Shown here: in pieces, positions 38,814 to 53,800 of the stretch
Numbering within the stretch: position 1 is the stretch's first letter
Layout of the letters: each line of letters begins with the position of its first letter
NCBI GenBank assembly: GCA_903813345.2
Contig: CAIIXF020000001.1
Location: forward strand, 26,660,001-26,724,000
From: Owenia fusiformis
Taxonomy: Eukaryota
Direction: 5' to 3'
Length of the DNA stretch: 64,000 nucleotides
Program-made: the position numbers and the translations under genes
The notes under the pieces: generated by a model
Told to the model about the DNA's origin: nothing
Seen by the model: the letters and a program-made list of their open reading frames with translations, nothing else
Database searches by the model: none

Positions 38814-41800
38814 TTATTCCAATTTGACAAGTAGAGCATGTAGAGCTATGGCACCCTCCTCCTTTGTACTCCACTCAACCTCATTGTTTGTGAATCTAGG
38901 GTCTATCTGCTGGTGCAAGCCTAGTGTCTGTGGGCCTGTCTTATATGAACCAGGCTTGATATAAGCTTGAAAAGCAAGGGTAGCACAGTAGGACTTCCTT
39001 GTGCAAATGTCTCTATGTCTGGAAGGAGAAAAGTATGTTGAGTTGATTCAATGCTATGGTCTCAAACTGTGATAAGCCTTTGCATAATACACTTCTATTT
39101 CAAAATTATTTCAACTTGAAAAAGTCTGTTTTACCCTGGGGACTTCTATCCCCTTAATAAATGTTTCAGCTGACAATCAATGCTATAAATTATGTGTCAA
39201 GTATATAGCTAGCAGTGGAGTCTCATAAATAACAGAGCTTTTCAAAAATGACCTCTTAATATGCTTTCTGAAAGGAAAAACATGTTTGACAACAAAACTT
39301 ACACTTTTTGAAGTTTACTGCATACAGGCCTTAGAATGCTAATCAAATATTGGGTTGTAAAACTTGTAGAATAACTTACTCATATTGTGGTGCAAATGTT
39401 GAAGAGCATCCATATCTTACAGAGGGAGAGAGACAGATGGGTGACACATCACATTCTTCTGGCTTTCTACTGCCACTTGTACTGAGCAGTGAGAATGATT
39501 CTGGCTCACTTAGACCTGCAATAAACCAATATATACTTGTACTGAGCAGTGAGAATGATTCTGGCTCACTTAGACCTGCAATAAACCAATATATACTTGT
39601 ACTGAGCAGTGAGAATGATTCTGGCTCACTTAGACCTGCAATAAACCAATATATACTTGTACTGAGCAGTGAGAATGATTCTGGCTCACTTAGACCTGCA
39701 ATAAACCAATATATACTTGTACTGAGCAGTGAGAATGATTCTGGCTCACTTAGACCTGCAATAAACCAATATATAACTGTACTGAGCAGTGAAAATGATT
39801 CTGGCTCACTTAAACCTGCAATAAACCCAAAATTTTGTTATCTCAAATATATGTTGTTGCTAGTTACAAAAATATTACGTTCTGACAACATTTTTGGGAC
39901 ATTATGACAAAATCTTCATTACATTTTGTCAGCATTCTCCATGATCACTATAGAGCATATTGAGTGATGTGATATTCACTAGCAAGTTCACTAGCATATT
40001 AAACAAGACACACAGTGATAAATATCGCACTTTGAAGAGCAAACTGGCCACCATGCAATTTACCCAGCATGGCCAAAACCTAATCAGACCTTGGCACTAG
40101 TCTGCTCTTGCATCTGTAAACATTTCAAGTTGACAAGGTTAGCGGTTTTCCTGACAAGAATTTATTTGTAGTCTTGAACTTTGGAAAATTTAGATAACAT
40201 TGTTTGTGACCTAATTTGATGACCTTCGACCTTGAAAATTTCACTTTTTCAGACCTCAGTAGGTGTTTTGTAATTAAGCTGACCTAAATTTAAATCCAAA
40301 ATATCAATTTAGAAAATCAACTTTTTGACCTTTTCAAGGTCACTGAAGGTGAACGAAAGGTCAAATCTGAAATCTAAGGTCAGATTTGAACTTCTGAGAA
40401 CTTGTAGATGTTTTTAAAAAAAAAATTTGGTCAATTTGGAGCAAGTTGAAAAATTCAAAATGGCCGCCAAATTGAAAAATACGAATTGGCCACCATGTAA
40501 TTCAGCTAGCATACCAAAACCTAATCAGATCTTGGCAATAGTCTGTTCTTGCATCTGTAAAAATTTCAAGTTGAACGGATAAGTGGTTTTCCTGGAATTT
40601 TGATGACAAGATTTGTTGAAAAATTCAAAATGGCCGCCACGTAGTTTACCCAGCATGCTCTTAACCTAATCAGATCTTGGTACTAGTCTGCTCTTGCATC
40701 TGTAAAAATTTCAAGTTGAACAGGTAAGCAGTTATCCTGGAAATTTGATGACAAGATTTGGTTTACGTCCCGCCCGCCCGCCCGCCCAACAGCACAAGAC
40801 GACGACAATATAGCACTTTTTCAAAGTGCGATAATAATGTACATATTAATAAGTACATATGTTCTGTTTACTAAAGTTTAACTAGACAACAGCAATGCAA
40901 AAGCATAGCAAATCCCATCGAACAGCCATGGCTGGTATTTTTACAAACAAAATAGCAGCCATTTTTCAAAATGGCCGACTTCTACCAAAAGTGTCATTAA
41001 ACAGGGTGCCATGCTTATAGTATTCAATTACCAAATATGAACAGAATCGTTCCACTACTTTTCGAGTTATAGTAAAATACGTTAAAATTCTACCAAAAGT
41101 GTCATTAGGCAGTGTGCCATGCTTATAATATTCACATACCAAATATGAACAAAATCGATCCACTACTTTTGGAGTTACAGCAAAAAATTGGATGGATGTA
41201 TGTACGTACGGACGGAGGCGTTCCCTATATCCCTCCGAACTTCGTTCGATGGGATAATAATTAGTATGTAACTGCAACACAACACAACAAACTGAGTTTA
41301 ACATTAAAGTACTTCAGATGGGTTAAATGTTAAATTTTAAACAAGAAGAGGAGGTATTTTACCTGGCATTATAAGTTCTCCACTATCAAGTATACGCCTA
41401 ACTTTATCTATGTGCGTCCCATGATATGCCAGGTGCCACTTCTCTTGTACATTCAAGCTTTGCGCTTTTGGCCTCAATCTATAATAGAATGATGTAAATT
41501 CATTCTAATGACATAATGATTGTATAAATCAAGGTTGAACAAAATTTATTACAATACAAAAAGAGACAAAGTTACTTTGATGCTGAACCTAACAGTCACA
41601 AGGTACCGGTAACTTTTATGAATGCTTAACTGATTGTGTAGTATCACCAATCAGTCTTATATTTTCGCCAGAACGAAGTGTTGACCTAGAGTAATCACAT
41701 GGAATGAGTTGGGCCAGTGGGACCAGTTAAATATCATATCAGATGAAAAGCTATTAAAAATGGGCATCAATGAAAACAAAATTTTCTATGGCTAACTTCA

Positions 41801-44800
41801 TCTCTTCAATAGAACACGAACAAATATTTCATTGCATTGTACAAACTTACTTTAACGTGAATTTACACCAGCCGTATGGAGTAGCAAACTCTTTAGGTGG
41901 GTCCCCTATCTTCATATATGGGTCATCGTGTCTTATTTTATGGCAAGTATCGCAATAGCAGATGGCCTGGTCAGCTATGAAGTACTCATCTGGAATAAAA
42001 GCACAATGTAATACAATACAAAACATGGACTATTTTAAAAATATATGCATATATGATCAAGATGAAAGAAAAAGATAACATACTGTACTCCCTGTATTTT
42101 TCGCGTGCGATTTAGTTTCGCGCTTTTCGCAATTGTGGTAAAATCGTGAAAATTAATCTTCGTGAAATTGTCTATTAATTATTAGTGTTTTTAGGTGATA
42201 AATGCAATGCTAAGTAACAATGTCTGTTACAGTGGCTTATTTGATCAAATAAACTAAAAACGAATGCAAAAAGTAATTGCAAAAATAATTGGGTCTCAGC
42301 AGACTGCCTATATAAATAATCGTTTTATTGGAAATAGTTGTCGACTTACGCTTGATATTTATGAATATGCTGAAAATTATGAAAAAGAGGGCGCTATTTT
42401 ATTCATTGATTTTAAAAAATCTTTTGATAGTATCGAGTGGAATTTCATCTTTGAAACATTCAAAAAATTCAATTTTCCTGAACAGTTTATTAAGTGGATA
42501 AAAATACTCTATGTAAAACCAATGGTAACTATAAAACAAAATGGATGGTTTTCTGAAAATATACACATGCAAAGATCCTGTCGGCAAGGCTGTCCAGTAT
42601 CTGCTTTGGCATTTATTATGTGCACAGAGGTCCTTGCACTTAAAATAAAACAGAATATTAACATAAAAGGCATTGAAATAAACAATAATGAATATAAACT
42701 CTCTCAATATGCAGATGATGCTAATTTATTTTTAAAAGACAAAGATTCAATATTGCAAGCAATTCAAACGATTCAATCATTCTCTTATGTTTCTGGATTA
42801 GAACTAAATATAGACAAAACTGAAGGAATTTGGTTAGGTAGAAGTAAAGTGAATGAAAATAACTTTGCAAATATAAAATTTAGCAATGAGCCGGTAAAAA
42901 CTCTTGGCATTTTTATTGGACATAATAAAGACAAATGTTATGAGCTAAATTGGCTGAACAGGATAACAAAATTAGAGAAAGTATTAGATTCTTGGAAAAA
43001 GAGGAATTTAACATTAATTGGAAAAATAACAGTGATAAAATCAATCGCCCTTCCAAAATTGATTTATGCAGCATCAATACTTCAATATGATAATGAAATT
43101 GTAAAAAGAGTTAATACAATAATTTATAAATTCCTTTGGGATGGAAAAGATAAAATAAGGCGAACTATTATTATAAATTCATTAGAAAAAGGTGGACTTA
43201 ACATGATAGACTTTGAATCTCAATTGCATGCTCTAAAAGCTGCTTGGATTCCAAGGTTATATGATAAAAAACAAATGATGAATAAAATACCATATCTCTA
43301 TTTTGATAATATTGTAAATGATTTTGATGTATTATTGAAAATGAATAGTTTTGATTTGCAATACTTTCAGAAAATACCAATTTTTTATCAGCAAGTATTA
43401 TGTGCTCATGCCAAATGTAAAGACAAAAAAAATCTTGAAAATATGAAAACATGTGATATCCTGCAAGAGACTATATGGGGTAATAGTTTGTTTACTGTAA
43501 ACAAAAAAACTCTGTATTTTAGAAATTGGATTGAAAGTGGTATTGTCTATGTAAAGGATCTAATAATAGAGGATACATTTAATGATATCAACCACATTTT
43601 TCAAAAGTTACAGGAAAAACAAAATTGGATTTCTGAATTTTATCAAGTTAACTCAAGTATGAATATTGCAAGAGGTTTTATTGATGTCAATAAAGCAAAA
43701 TACACAAACATTCCAAATTACAGATTGAAAGCAAATAATGTTTTATTCCAAATTAGAGATCAAAAATCAAAATTCTTTTATGAAATTTTGAAAAATAAGC
43801 AATCTGAAAAATGGTTCATGAAAAAGAAATGGGAACGTGAATTTTGCTTCTTAAATAATGAAACCTTCGATGAAATAAATTGGGAAAACCTTTTTTTTAC
43901 AAAGATAAAATGTAAAGAAAAGAAGATAGCTAATTTCAACTTTAAGATTATAAACAACATCCTTCCTAGTCTAAATGACTTACATTTATATGGAAAAAGT
44001 GAAACATATAATTGCAGTTTGTGCGGAGAAGTATGTACATTAAAACATTTGCTTTTCACATGTACACTCTCCCAAAATGTTTGGAAATATATCTTTAATA
44101 TATCAGGTTTAAAAATAACATATAGAAAGTTGATAATAGGCTATAATGGAAATGACAACCAGACTGCATTTTTGAACTATTTTATTAGTATTGTAACATT
44201 TGTGATCTATAAAGCATACATCCAAGAATTAAATAATGGAATAAAACGGAATTTTGAAGGAATTGTTAAAACTCTAAAATTCGAAATTTATGTACGCAAA
44301 AATGTATTTTTTAAAAACAAATGGAATATGATAAGATTGTAAGTGATTTATTACTACTGTATCTGTACTTACTTTAAAAAATTGAAATAAACTATATTGA
44401 AAATAAAAAAATAAAAAAAAAATAAACTAAAAAATTATGATGTACGAGAGGTTATGATGCAGCGTGTCATTGACCAAGATGACATAGTAGAATAAGAAGG
44501 TGTACTTAGTGAAATTCGCGAAATTTAATAGATTTATATATTTGTATAATATAGTATATACTGTCTAAATTATGCTACTTATAAGGAGAACCATTGTTAT
44601 ACACTGTACCAGGTAGGCCGAGAGATTGTTTCAGTCGGGTACACAGGTTCTTGTAATCACAGTTCTTTACACAGGCAGGCTCAAGCTTCTGCCAAAGCTT
44701 TTCTTTCATTCCTGCAAGAAGCATAACAAAAGAAACATTTACTATCAAAGTATTGTAGGACAATAGACAAGGGGAAGTCGACTCCTGATACCACGAAAAT

Positions 44801-47800
44801 AAGAAAACATAATGCTAAGTGGGACTGTCTCCAAATAAACTAATTAATGCTTGCTATACAAGTGCTTACAAGACTTTGTATTTTTCTTTTGTGTGTTTTA
44901 TAATCCTTATGTGAATCTGTTTTTTTGCATTTAAAATAAAAAATAAAAATAAAATAAAATAAAACAAGTGGAAGCTTTTGTGTTTCCATTTGACTTCAGG
45001 AAATAATCAAAGAGCTTAAAATGGTAACTATATATTAAATGAAAATAATTCATCAAGTTTGACATGGTATTAACATGGAAAATGTCACCACCTGCCATTT
45101 GTTACAGACAAAGACCGCTGTCTACAAAAAAGTTGGAGACAACAATATAACAATATATGGCACTTCTGTTGGTGACATAAAAATGAAATACGAAACATGT
45201 CATCCAACAGAAAAGGAGTATAACTGAGAAATGGATGATTGTGTTGTTGATTTATGACAAAGCCGCAAGAATGATGCAAATGTGTGTTGCTCACAGATGA
45301 TACTAACCATCTTCTATAAAAACTTTCTCCTTCTGGTCACTGTGTTGAGATTCTAGCCTACTGGAGTCATCAACTACAGTCACCTACATGAACAAATATC
45401 ATAATTTAGTTAATGAATGATGTGGATTAATGTAAGGAAATAAACAGATATTCAGGGTGACGAATAAAACATTCTTGTACTTTTTCTATTTAGGTACAGT
45501 AAAACGTGTCACATCAAATATTTGTATTCTTTATTAATTCTTTTCTGATAAAATATCACAGTTTTGGTTTAGTTTAATACCAGATTTAAACTGTCAAACA
45601 AAACTGAGACTTCTGCACTGTACCTGTTTACATTTCCCATAGAGGTCAACAATGGCGTAGCATTTGTGTGGAATATCTATAGCAGCTATCCCTTGGTCAA
45701 CTCCATTTACATATAGATGGAGTGTATTGTCAGGCTCTATCTGTACTCCAACCTTATGACCAACACTGAGGTTGGATAGACCAGGCCCATAATTCTCCTT
45801 CACCTAAAATAATATAGATAGCTGTAAAGAATACACATTTACAATGTACCACATTTTAATTGACTTATAACTATCATTAATCATGGATTTTGAGCACATC
45901 ATGATATACTCCATTAGTCTATTATTGCTTTTATAATTACTATCCTTTAGAGCTCTCTATAAAATATCATGGAGATATAATAGCCTGAGCGTCCCTAACA
46001 TGTATAAGTTGTACATTACTACTATAGATAACCGTGTTCTGAGTCATGGTTAGCATAATTGTAAGCAGCGTTCAGAAAATATGGCTCTCAGATTGTCTGC
46101 TAAATCTTTTCTAGAGGTATAAAAACCATAGGCTAAGGGTGATAGAAATCATTTTTAAATAAAGATGGCATGGTAATCGATCTGTATTTATCTTTAGTTC
46201 TCAGAAAAAGATAATACTGGATTCTGTTGGTGCTGCCATCTTTATATCGGCCCAGAACCTATGGTAAAAACTGTTGTTTCAATAAGTCTATAATTGAACT
46301 AGAAAAACACCTTCTCCCTGGAGTAGCTAATCCCATTGAACAAATCAAAAGGACTGGTATCGATATGGCTAACTGATTTGAACACATGTTTCTCTTAAAC
46401 CGGTCATCAAAAAATTCTGAAAATTTTACACATCCTCAATTTAGTGATCATCTTTTGAATGGTAACAGGTTAATCTGAAATATATATACTTTTCTCTATA
46501 TTGTTGACACTTCTTTTGTTCTTGGTATCATATGTTCGGAATGAAACAAAACATCTATCCGAACCTCATTGGAACAAGATGACATATACACAATGGGTTT
46601 ACGTTTAGGTCTCTCAATATTGTAATTGTACAAAGGAAAGTTTGGTTGATTTAAAAAAAGTATCTTGCTAATGAAATGAAAGGTTAAGTTTACTTTTTTC
46701 TATTTTTGGGGTTTTGTTTTAATTTTTTGGATACTTTTTCTTAAATCGACCAAAGGTCCATGTGCAGTATGGCAAGTGATTTTAGACAGTCATATCTTTC
46801 ACCATGAGTACTTTCTGGGCATAAATACAGTAGTATCCATTAAAATAATATGTTTTCTTTCAAGTGAAGCCACGATGTAGACGAAGTTGTACCCTACAGT
46901 TGAACTCTTCAAACGAGAGGTAATTAAACTGAACTAAAAAAACTTTATGGCGTATTGGAGTATTCAATCATGAAGTGTATAGGCATAGATTCCAAACCAG
47001 GAATTATTTTTGTGTCCATCAAAATCCATTTGCATCCTACGCATCCCTACATCTTATCCAAATATGTTACTAAATAATAAATATATAATAGTATGATATT
47101 TAAGTGCAAAAGTTTGAAGCATTCTCTATAGTTTCTTATATATTTCTTTTAGTATGACCTGAATCGATTGCAAACAATTCATATTTGCACATTTGATGAG
47201 ATAAACCATTAGTGTCATATTGTGAAATTATTAAGTTTGCAATAGATTCAGGTCACAGTGTATTTTTGGTATTTTTGTGATATTCTATTAAAACCAATAA
47301 TTATTGGGATAAGCTGATATCCTCATGTCAATGATGCACAGCCCTATGCAAGTCAATACAACCTTACTGAACTAAATGACCCCTATCTCAGCCTATGTGT
47401 GCCCGAGCAATTTAATATTTTCTAAAGAATTATATGACATTCTATTCTTCATGTTACACCTAAGAATGATTCATTTTGCCAATTATCGCACCTCTTCCTT
47501 TGAATCAATTCTGTCAATTATCAAAAATTTGAACATGACTGTATTCACGCCTTCTATAAACTGTAAACAAAGTCAACATTTCACCCGGGATATATTCCCG
47601 ATCAATACCCCTGGTAATACGTTTAATGTGTGACGTCAGCACGGTGGGTCGTAGTAATGGCGGACCATGATGAATATTCGAAAAAACAGAAAAAATTATC
47701 CAAATCTGCAATCAAAATTGAAATCTGACCTCTGGTTCTGTTCTGATTCTATCACCTATTGAGTTCTGAAAACAAAACCATATGATGATATCCCCATGTT

Positions 47801-50800
47801 AAGTCAAGAAATACATGTACATAGTATCCCGACTTCTAATATCATTTACACAAATAGACAATGACAAAGAAAAATAACAATACTGGTAAATGTTTATTTA
47901 TGCTATTAATGTAAAGCCTCAACAGGTAAATTTGTTGTCTTAGTTTTTCTATTTGTTTATTGCATAAAATTACAAGTATTAATTTATGACATGTAAAAAT
48001 AAATGTAACAAACACATTAACTAGACAACAGCAACGCCAAAGCGTAGCAAATCCCATCGAACAGCCATGGCTGGCATATTTACGAACAAAGTAATGTATA
48101 TAGTACATTACAAATGGCAGCCATTTTTCAAAATGGCCACCTTCTACCATTAGACAGTGTGCCATGCCATGCCATATACCAAATATGAACAAAATTGCTC
48201 CATTACTTTTTGATTTATAGTAAAATATGTTTAAATGGTGGCCATCAAAATGGCCGTTTTCTACCAAAAGTGTCATTAGACAGTGTGCCATGCTTATAGT
48301 ATTCACATACCAAATATGAACCTCCATCGAGTATGTGTATACAAAATATGAACAAAATCGAGCAAACGGTATTTGATTAATTGCCCAGACGGACGTATGG
48401 ACGGACATACAGAGGCGTTCCCTATATCCCTCCGAACTTTGTTCGATGAGATAATAATGAAAATGATCAAATAATTTATAATTTGTTTATTCACTTACTC
48501 GTACAACAGATTTCATAATTGTCATTTGTATTTCATGATTAAAGTAGAAAATCTCAGATATTGAAATGGTTTGGTAACTTGGTACTTAATACTTGAAACA
48601 TAAAATATGAGGTTTCTATTTTTGGAGATCTCTTAATTATCACATGGATACATTGGATAACTCATTTTAATTTCAGAAAAGGTATTTTCTAGGGAGATAT
48701 CATTATAAATTACACAAATCTCAATGTAAACAAAAATAACATTAGATAAAACAGATTTGGTTTAATGAGCCAGAAATCAATTGTACTCAAGATTAATCTA
48801 ACTGGATGGTAAGTTTTTTAGTCTTATCTCTTAAATTTTCTACAATTTTCTACATTTTTTTACAAGCAATAGAATGAAATCATTAAGAGGCTTATTTTAA
48901 AGATATTTAACAATACCAATACTATATCAAAGCCTTACATTAAACTTCTGGTTTCTAGTTTGTTCAGGCAATCCAGCTTGCATTTTGTAACATATGGTGA
49001 TACTTTTTTCAAAATAAAGGCACTTATACTATTTTTGGGGAAAACTGTATACTTGCACACAGACATTACAAGAAACACAGCAACTCCAGAGTAGAAAATC
49101 CCACCGAATTAGACATATTTTATCAAATCACTCATCATTCTGAACAAGACGTGGTAGAAATAATAATCAATATCATCATATTGACTTCTTTTGGCAAAAG
49201 CTACACCCATAATATGACAAAACACCATATCATAACTTCCTTCTCGAGTAGAGCCTATACATTTTAGCCAAATCCATCAACCGGTATTTCAATTATCATC
49301 TGGACACAAATGAATGGATGGCTTCTCTAAATACAATCGGTGGAACAATAATATGCTACAAAGTCTCACAAATACATTGTTTCAGTTATACCAGAACAGA
49401 ATGTGTCACAAAAAATACCAATCAAAAATGAACTACTGGACCCACTGTCATGTTCTTTTTCTTGTTGGCAGTAACGGTAAAAAAAAAATTTATAATTTCA
49501 TTTCAGATGGGACATAAAGTTGAAGTCATGCTATTCAAAGTAGCAGTTATGATAATTCTGTTAGGGAGTCCAGGAGTTTTAGCTACTGAATGTAGTACAC
49601 AATGTCCAACTGCCTTTACCGTGAAACACCTTAAATCATGCTACTTGTTCTTGTATGCACCTGGCACAGAAGCCACATGGTATGAAGCCAATGCATATTG
49701 CGCAACCCAAAATGCACATCTTCTCACCATAGAAACATCGGCAGAATATTACTACATTTTAGGAAGAATCCGTGCTTGGGGTAAAACCGGACACAATGTT
49801 TGGACTGGTAAGTACTTTGTTTACCTTGAGTCCAATTGGCTAACTGATTACAGATGAAGCACTTAGGGAGTATAGAATCAAACTAGATATCAGCAACGCC
49901 AAGGCGTAGCAAATCTCATCGAACAGCCATATGGCTGTCAATTTTACAAAATCCCTCCACTACTTTTCAGTTGTAGCAAAATCATAAAATTACACACATA
50001 AAAATGGCCAGAACTTTTCAAAATGGTCACTCACTAGCCAAATTGTCTTAAGAAAATGTTATATACTTCTAAGTAGGCACACATAAAATTTGAACAAAAT
50101 CTATAAGAGCTATAGTAAAAGTCTAAAATGACACAAGTAAAAACTAGCCAAAGTGTCATAAGACAGTGTGCCATACTTATGAGTATTCACATATCAAATA
50201 TGAACAAAATCGCTCTACTACTTTTCAAGTTATTGTAAAAATGTAAGAAAAACATGTTAAAATGAAGCCCATTTTTGAAAATGGCCGTCTACAAGCCAAA
50301 GTGTCATAAGATAGTGTGCCGGCTTTCGAGCAGAACTTGTACTGCCTGGACAGACAGGTGGACAAACATACGTATAGACAGACAGGTGGACAAACGTACG
50401 TATAGACAGACAGGTGGACAAACGTACGTATAGACAGACAGGTGGACAAACGTACGAACAGACAGACAGAAGTATGGATGGAGCCGTTTCTGAACTTCGT
50501 TCATTGGATCATGAATACAATGAGTAATAAAACTCTAAAATGGCCAAAATCATTAGAATAATATTTATGTAGACTATACAAGTACTGAGGCAGTTATCAG
50601 AGAGCTTGGATATAAGTTATTTGGTGAACTTGTACGTAAACTTGTACTTGTAAATAAAAAGGTGGCTATTAGCCAAAAATCTCCGGATGTAGGGCTTAAT
50701 ATAAAGTTTAAATGCATACCATTTGTATCTTTTAAACCATATTTATTATCCCATGTGTCAATTTTTCTGATCTATTATAAATATGTTATATGATATATAC

Positions 50801-53800
50801 ATTATAGATCTTACTCTGTACAAATACTGGATGAGAGTTTGTTATGCAACCAAATGGCTCGCTCCTTAAATTGCTAATATAGATTGGATTGATTAGTGTA
50901 TCAAAATAGTTGTCATAGTGTTTGATACTTTACATATCCAGATAATTAATTTTAAAAAGGGATCACGTTCAATTGGTCGACTGACACATGAGTACACTTT
51001 TATCTCAACTTTAACTTTTATAAGAACTGTGAAATAATTCATTCGTCCATGTGATGAGCCATGTTAAAGGGTCTTGTTCGGAGAACACCATGCCATAAGA
51101 GCAAGGTATTGAGTTGATAATATACAGATTACAACAAAGCAACAGATATTACATTCGCAGTCGCTGATTGATGAATGAAGTGAACAATTCGGAAACTATT
51201 TATGTCAACTGGGTACAATTCATGAAAATCAAATTGACTTTAGTGTCACAAGACCCTTTAAAGTACAAGTTTATGTATGTACTAGTATTCAAAACAACTT
51301 TTATCGAAAGCTCTCTACTTTATGGTATTTTCTCTCATTTATTTCTGCTTTCTATTTCTAATCTTCTATCTTTTTCACAAAAAGGTGGTAATAGTCGGGT
51401 TTGAATAGGAGATAAGTTCACAGAATATTTCAAAAATATATAGAAGCAATCTTAAGGTGGATTTCAAAACTTCATACCATCCTTTTGAGAACCTGAAGTG
51501 GCACCAAGCAATCCATTGACTTTTTCACCAAAAATCCAAGATGGCCACCACAATGTATCGAAAAATCATAAAAATTAACTAAAGTTGTAATTTAGTAATT
51601 CAAAATAGTTGTATACTGATCAAACATGACTAATAATAGTACCTATTAGATGTTCATATGGATTTAAATTCATTGGATCATTTTTGTATGAAAACTGGAG
51701 TCCCACAAGGCTCAATTTTATGTCCGCTACTTTTTTTGTCTAATGATTTGCATTGACCATGGCATTTGCACATAGCAGTGGATACTTATCCATTTTTGTA
51801 ATGTGTGCACCCAGGACCAAATTTCACCTTGCACCCATACTTGACCAATGCTTGGCATGCCTTGGCTGCTTGAGGAAAGGATGTCAATATTGGCACCAGT
51901 AGAGACATGTCATACTTCCAGCCCCATGTTGTGAACTCCTATACCAATTTTAGATGGAGATTGTACAGTTGCCCTCAAAGAATACCACCTTGGTTAGCAA
52001 GTTCTTAAGATTTTTTAAGCAAGGCCTCCTTTTGTTGGTGGTATTCTACTCTATGGCCATCACAGAACATTCGTGCTGTATTGATATCTATCTGGTTGCT
52101 GGTTCGATCATATAATAGAACACAGTAAAGTGTTCTAGGGACTGAGTGGCCTGAACTGACAAAGCAAGGTTTGTTGTAACCATTTGTACCACTTGTAAAA
52201 AAGCTGGAGTAACTTCAATGAGCACATTCCATAGCTTGAAGGCATATTTTTTGCTATGGCCAAAGAATGGTGAAGCTAATATAATATAATTTAATACCTG
52301 TAATTTGTGAGAGGTCCGAAGGCAATCCAGATTGACACTTATTGTGCCCTTAAATGCTGCAGCCATGGCAAGAGCAACTACATCAGTATCTCAACTTCTG
52401 ATTGTGAAGTCTTTTACCCTCTGAGGTCATGTTTTATATGAACAAAGAGTCTCGTGTCAGTTTCTTCATGAGTACAAGGTCCAATCATTGCTGTATCTGG
52501 CAATTGAGGAAAGCACTGAATAGATTCTCCAATAGAAGTTATCATTTGCTTGTCATTAACATCAAACTCAGACATAGAGTTGGCCAGGAATGCAAACAGC
52601 CTAGTCTTGTTCCGTTGATTATTAGAAAAGCTGGGCAGTTCTTAGGCATTGGATTCTCTGCATAAACTATCCTTCTAGCACCAGTGCCACAATGAATCCT
52701 TGTTAGGGACTTCTCACTGTTTTGTAGGTAAACATTCCAGACAACATCTAGGAACACCTTCCATAAGCTACCTTAACTTGGGATGAAAGAACCAGTTTCT
52801 AGACATTTAAGTAAGTCTGTCGTAGGTCACATGGCTCTGTGCTTAGCTAGGGATGAATGGATGCCAATCAAGACACGTTGACATGTCTGAGTTTTTCAAA
52901 CATGAAAAACATGAGTTCCGGCCATCCTTAGCTAAGCACGGAGCCATGAGACCTACAAAGAAGCAGACTTAAATGTTGAGAAGCTAAGCCAGATGGATCT
53001 GAAGTATTGGAAAAAACCTGCAGATGCAATTTTAATAGATGGCACCCTTCTGGTCTATGTGATGCGTCCTGGTGTGGCTACCAACTTCCAAGAATATGCT
53101 ACCAATGTCTCATCCCAAGTTAAGGCAGCTTATGGAAGGTGTTTCAAGATTAGATGCTATCTGGGATGTCTACCAACAAAACAGTGGGAAGTCCCTGACA
53201 AGGATTCATCGTGGCACTGGATGGTTTATGCAGAGAATCCGATGCCCAAGAATTGGCTAGGCTTTCTAAGAAATGGCCAGAACAAGACTGAGCTGTTAGC
53301 ATTCCTGGCCAACTCTATTTGTGAGGTTGATGTAAATGACAAGCAAATGATAACTACTATTGTGGAATCTGTTCAGTGATTTCCTCACTTGCCAGATACA
53401 GCAATGATTGGACCTTGTACTCATGAAGGAGTTGACACTAGACTCTTTGTTCATGTAAAACAGATGACCTCAGAGTCAAGGTTACCAATGTCGCTTGGCC
53501 CCGGGTTCGATTCCCGGTTCAGACAAGTTTGTTTGTGCGTCATGTAATTCTGGGTGTTTGACTGAGTGGTTCACGACTCGTATAAAAGGCTGTGGTGTGT
53601 ACCTGTATGTCTGTGTACCTGTGCACACAAAAGAACACAGGGCTCCTCCAAGGAGGGGTTTCTGGCTCTGTCTTCGAGTGTAAAATATGTAAAGTACGGA
53701 ATATACCAATGAGGTATTGCTCGCCAAATATGGCGGTAACCAAGATATAATAATAATAATTAGGGCCCAATAAGTGTCAATCTGGATTGCCTTCGAACCT

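Noticed and set aside
39019-39066. Alternative upstream acceptor for the last NEURL4 exon (cacag at 39067)
   Set aside because: It leads to an in-frame TAG before the conserved C-terminus. The 39018 acceptor has a strong pyrimidine tract and gives the conserved tail.
39476-39826. CRISPR-like regular array
   Set aside because: The units are wholly identical with no unique spacers, there are no cas genes, and the context is eukaryotic.
39350-39907. 185-aa plus-strand ORF with a 20-aa repeat
   Set aside because: It is the antisense reading of the NEURL4 exon and the 60-bp array, with a non-ATG start and no independent support.
42264-44342. 692-aa RT ORF as a domesticated host gene
   Set aside because: The TSD, the polyA tail and 5' truncation three bases before the ATG indicate an ordinary recent retrotransposition.
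45079-45190. Possible intronic H/ACA snoRNA, with a related copy at about 58108-58215
   Set aside because: The ACA-like end is part of an ATGTCACCA/TGGTGACAT inverted pair and I see no two-hairpin plus H-box layout. It is more simply a small dispersed repeat.
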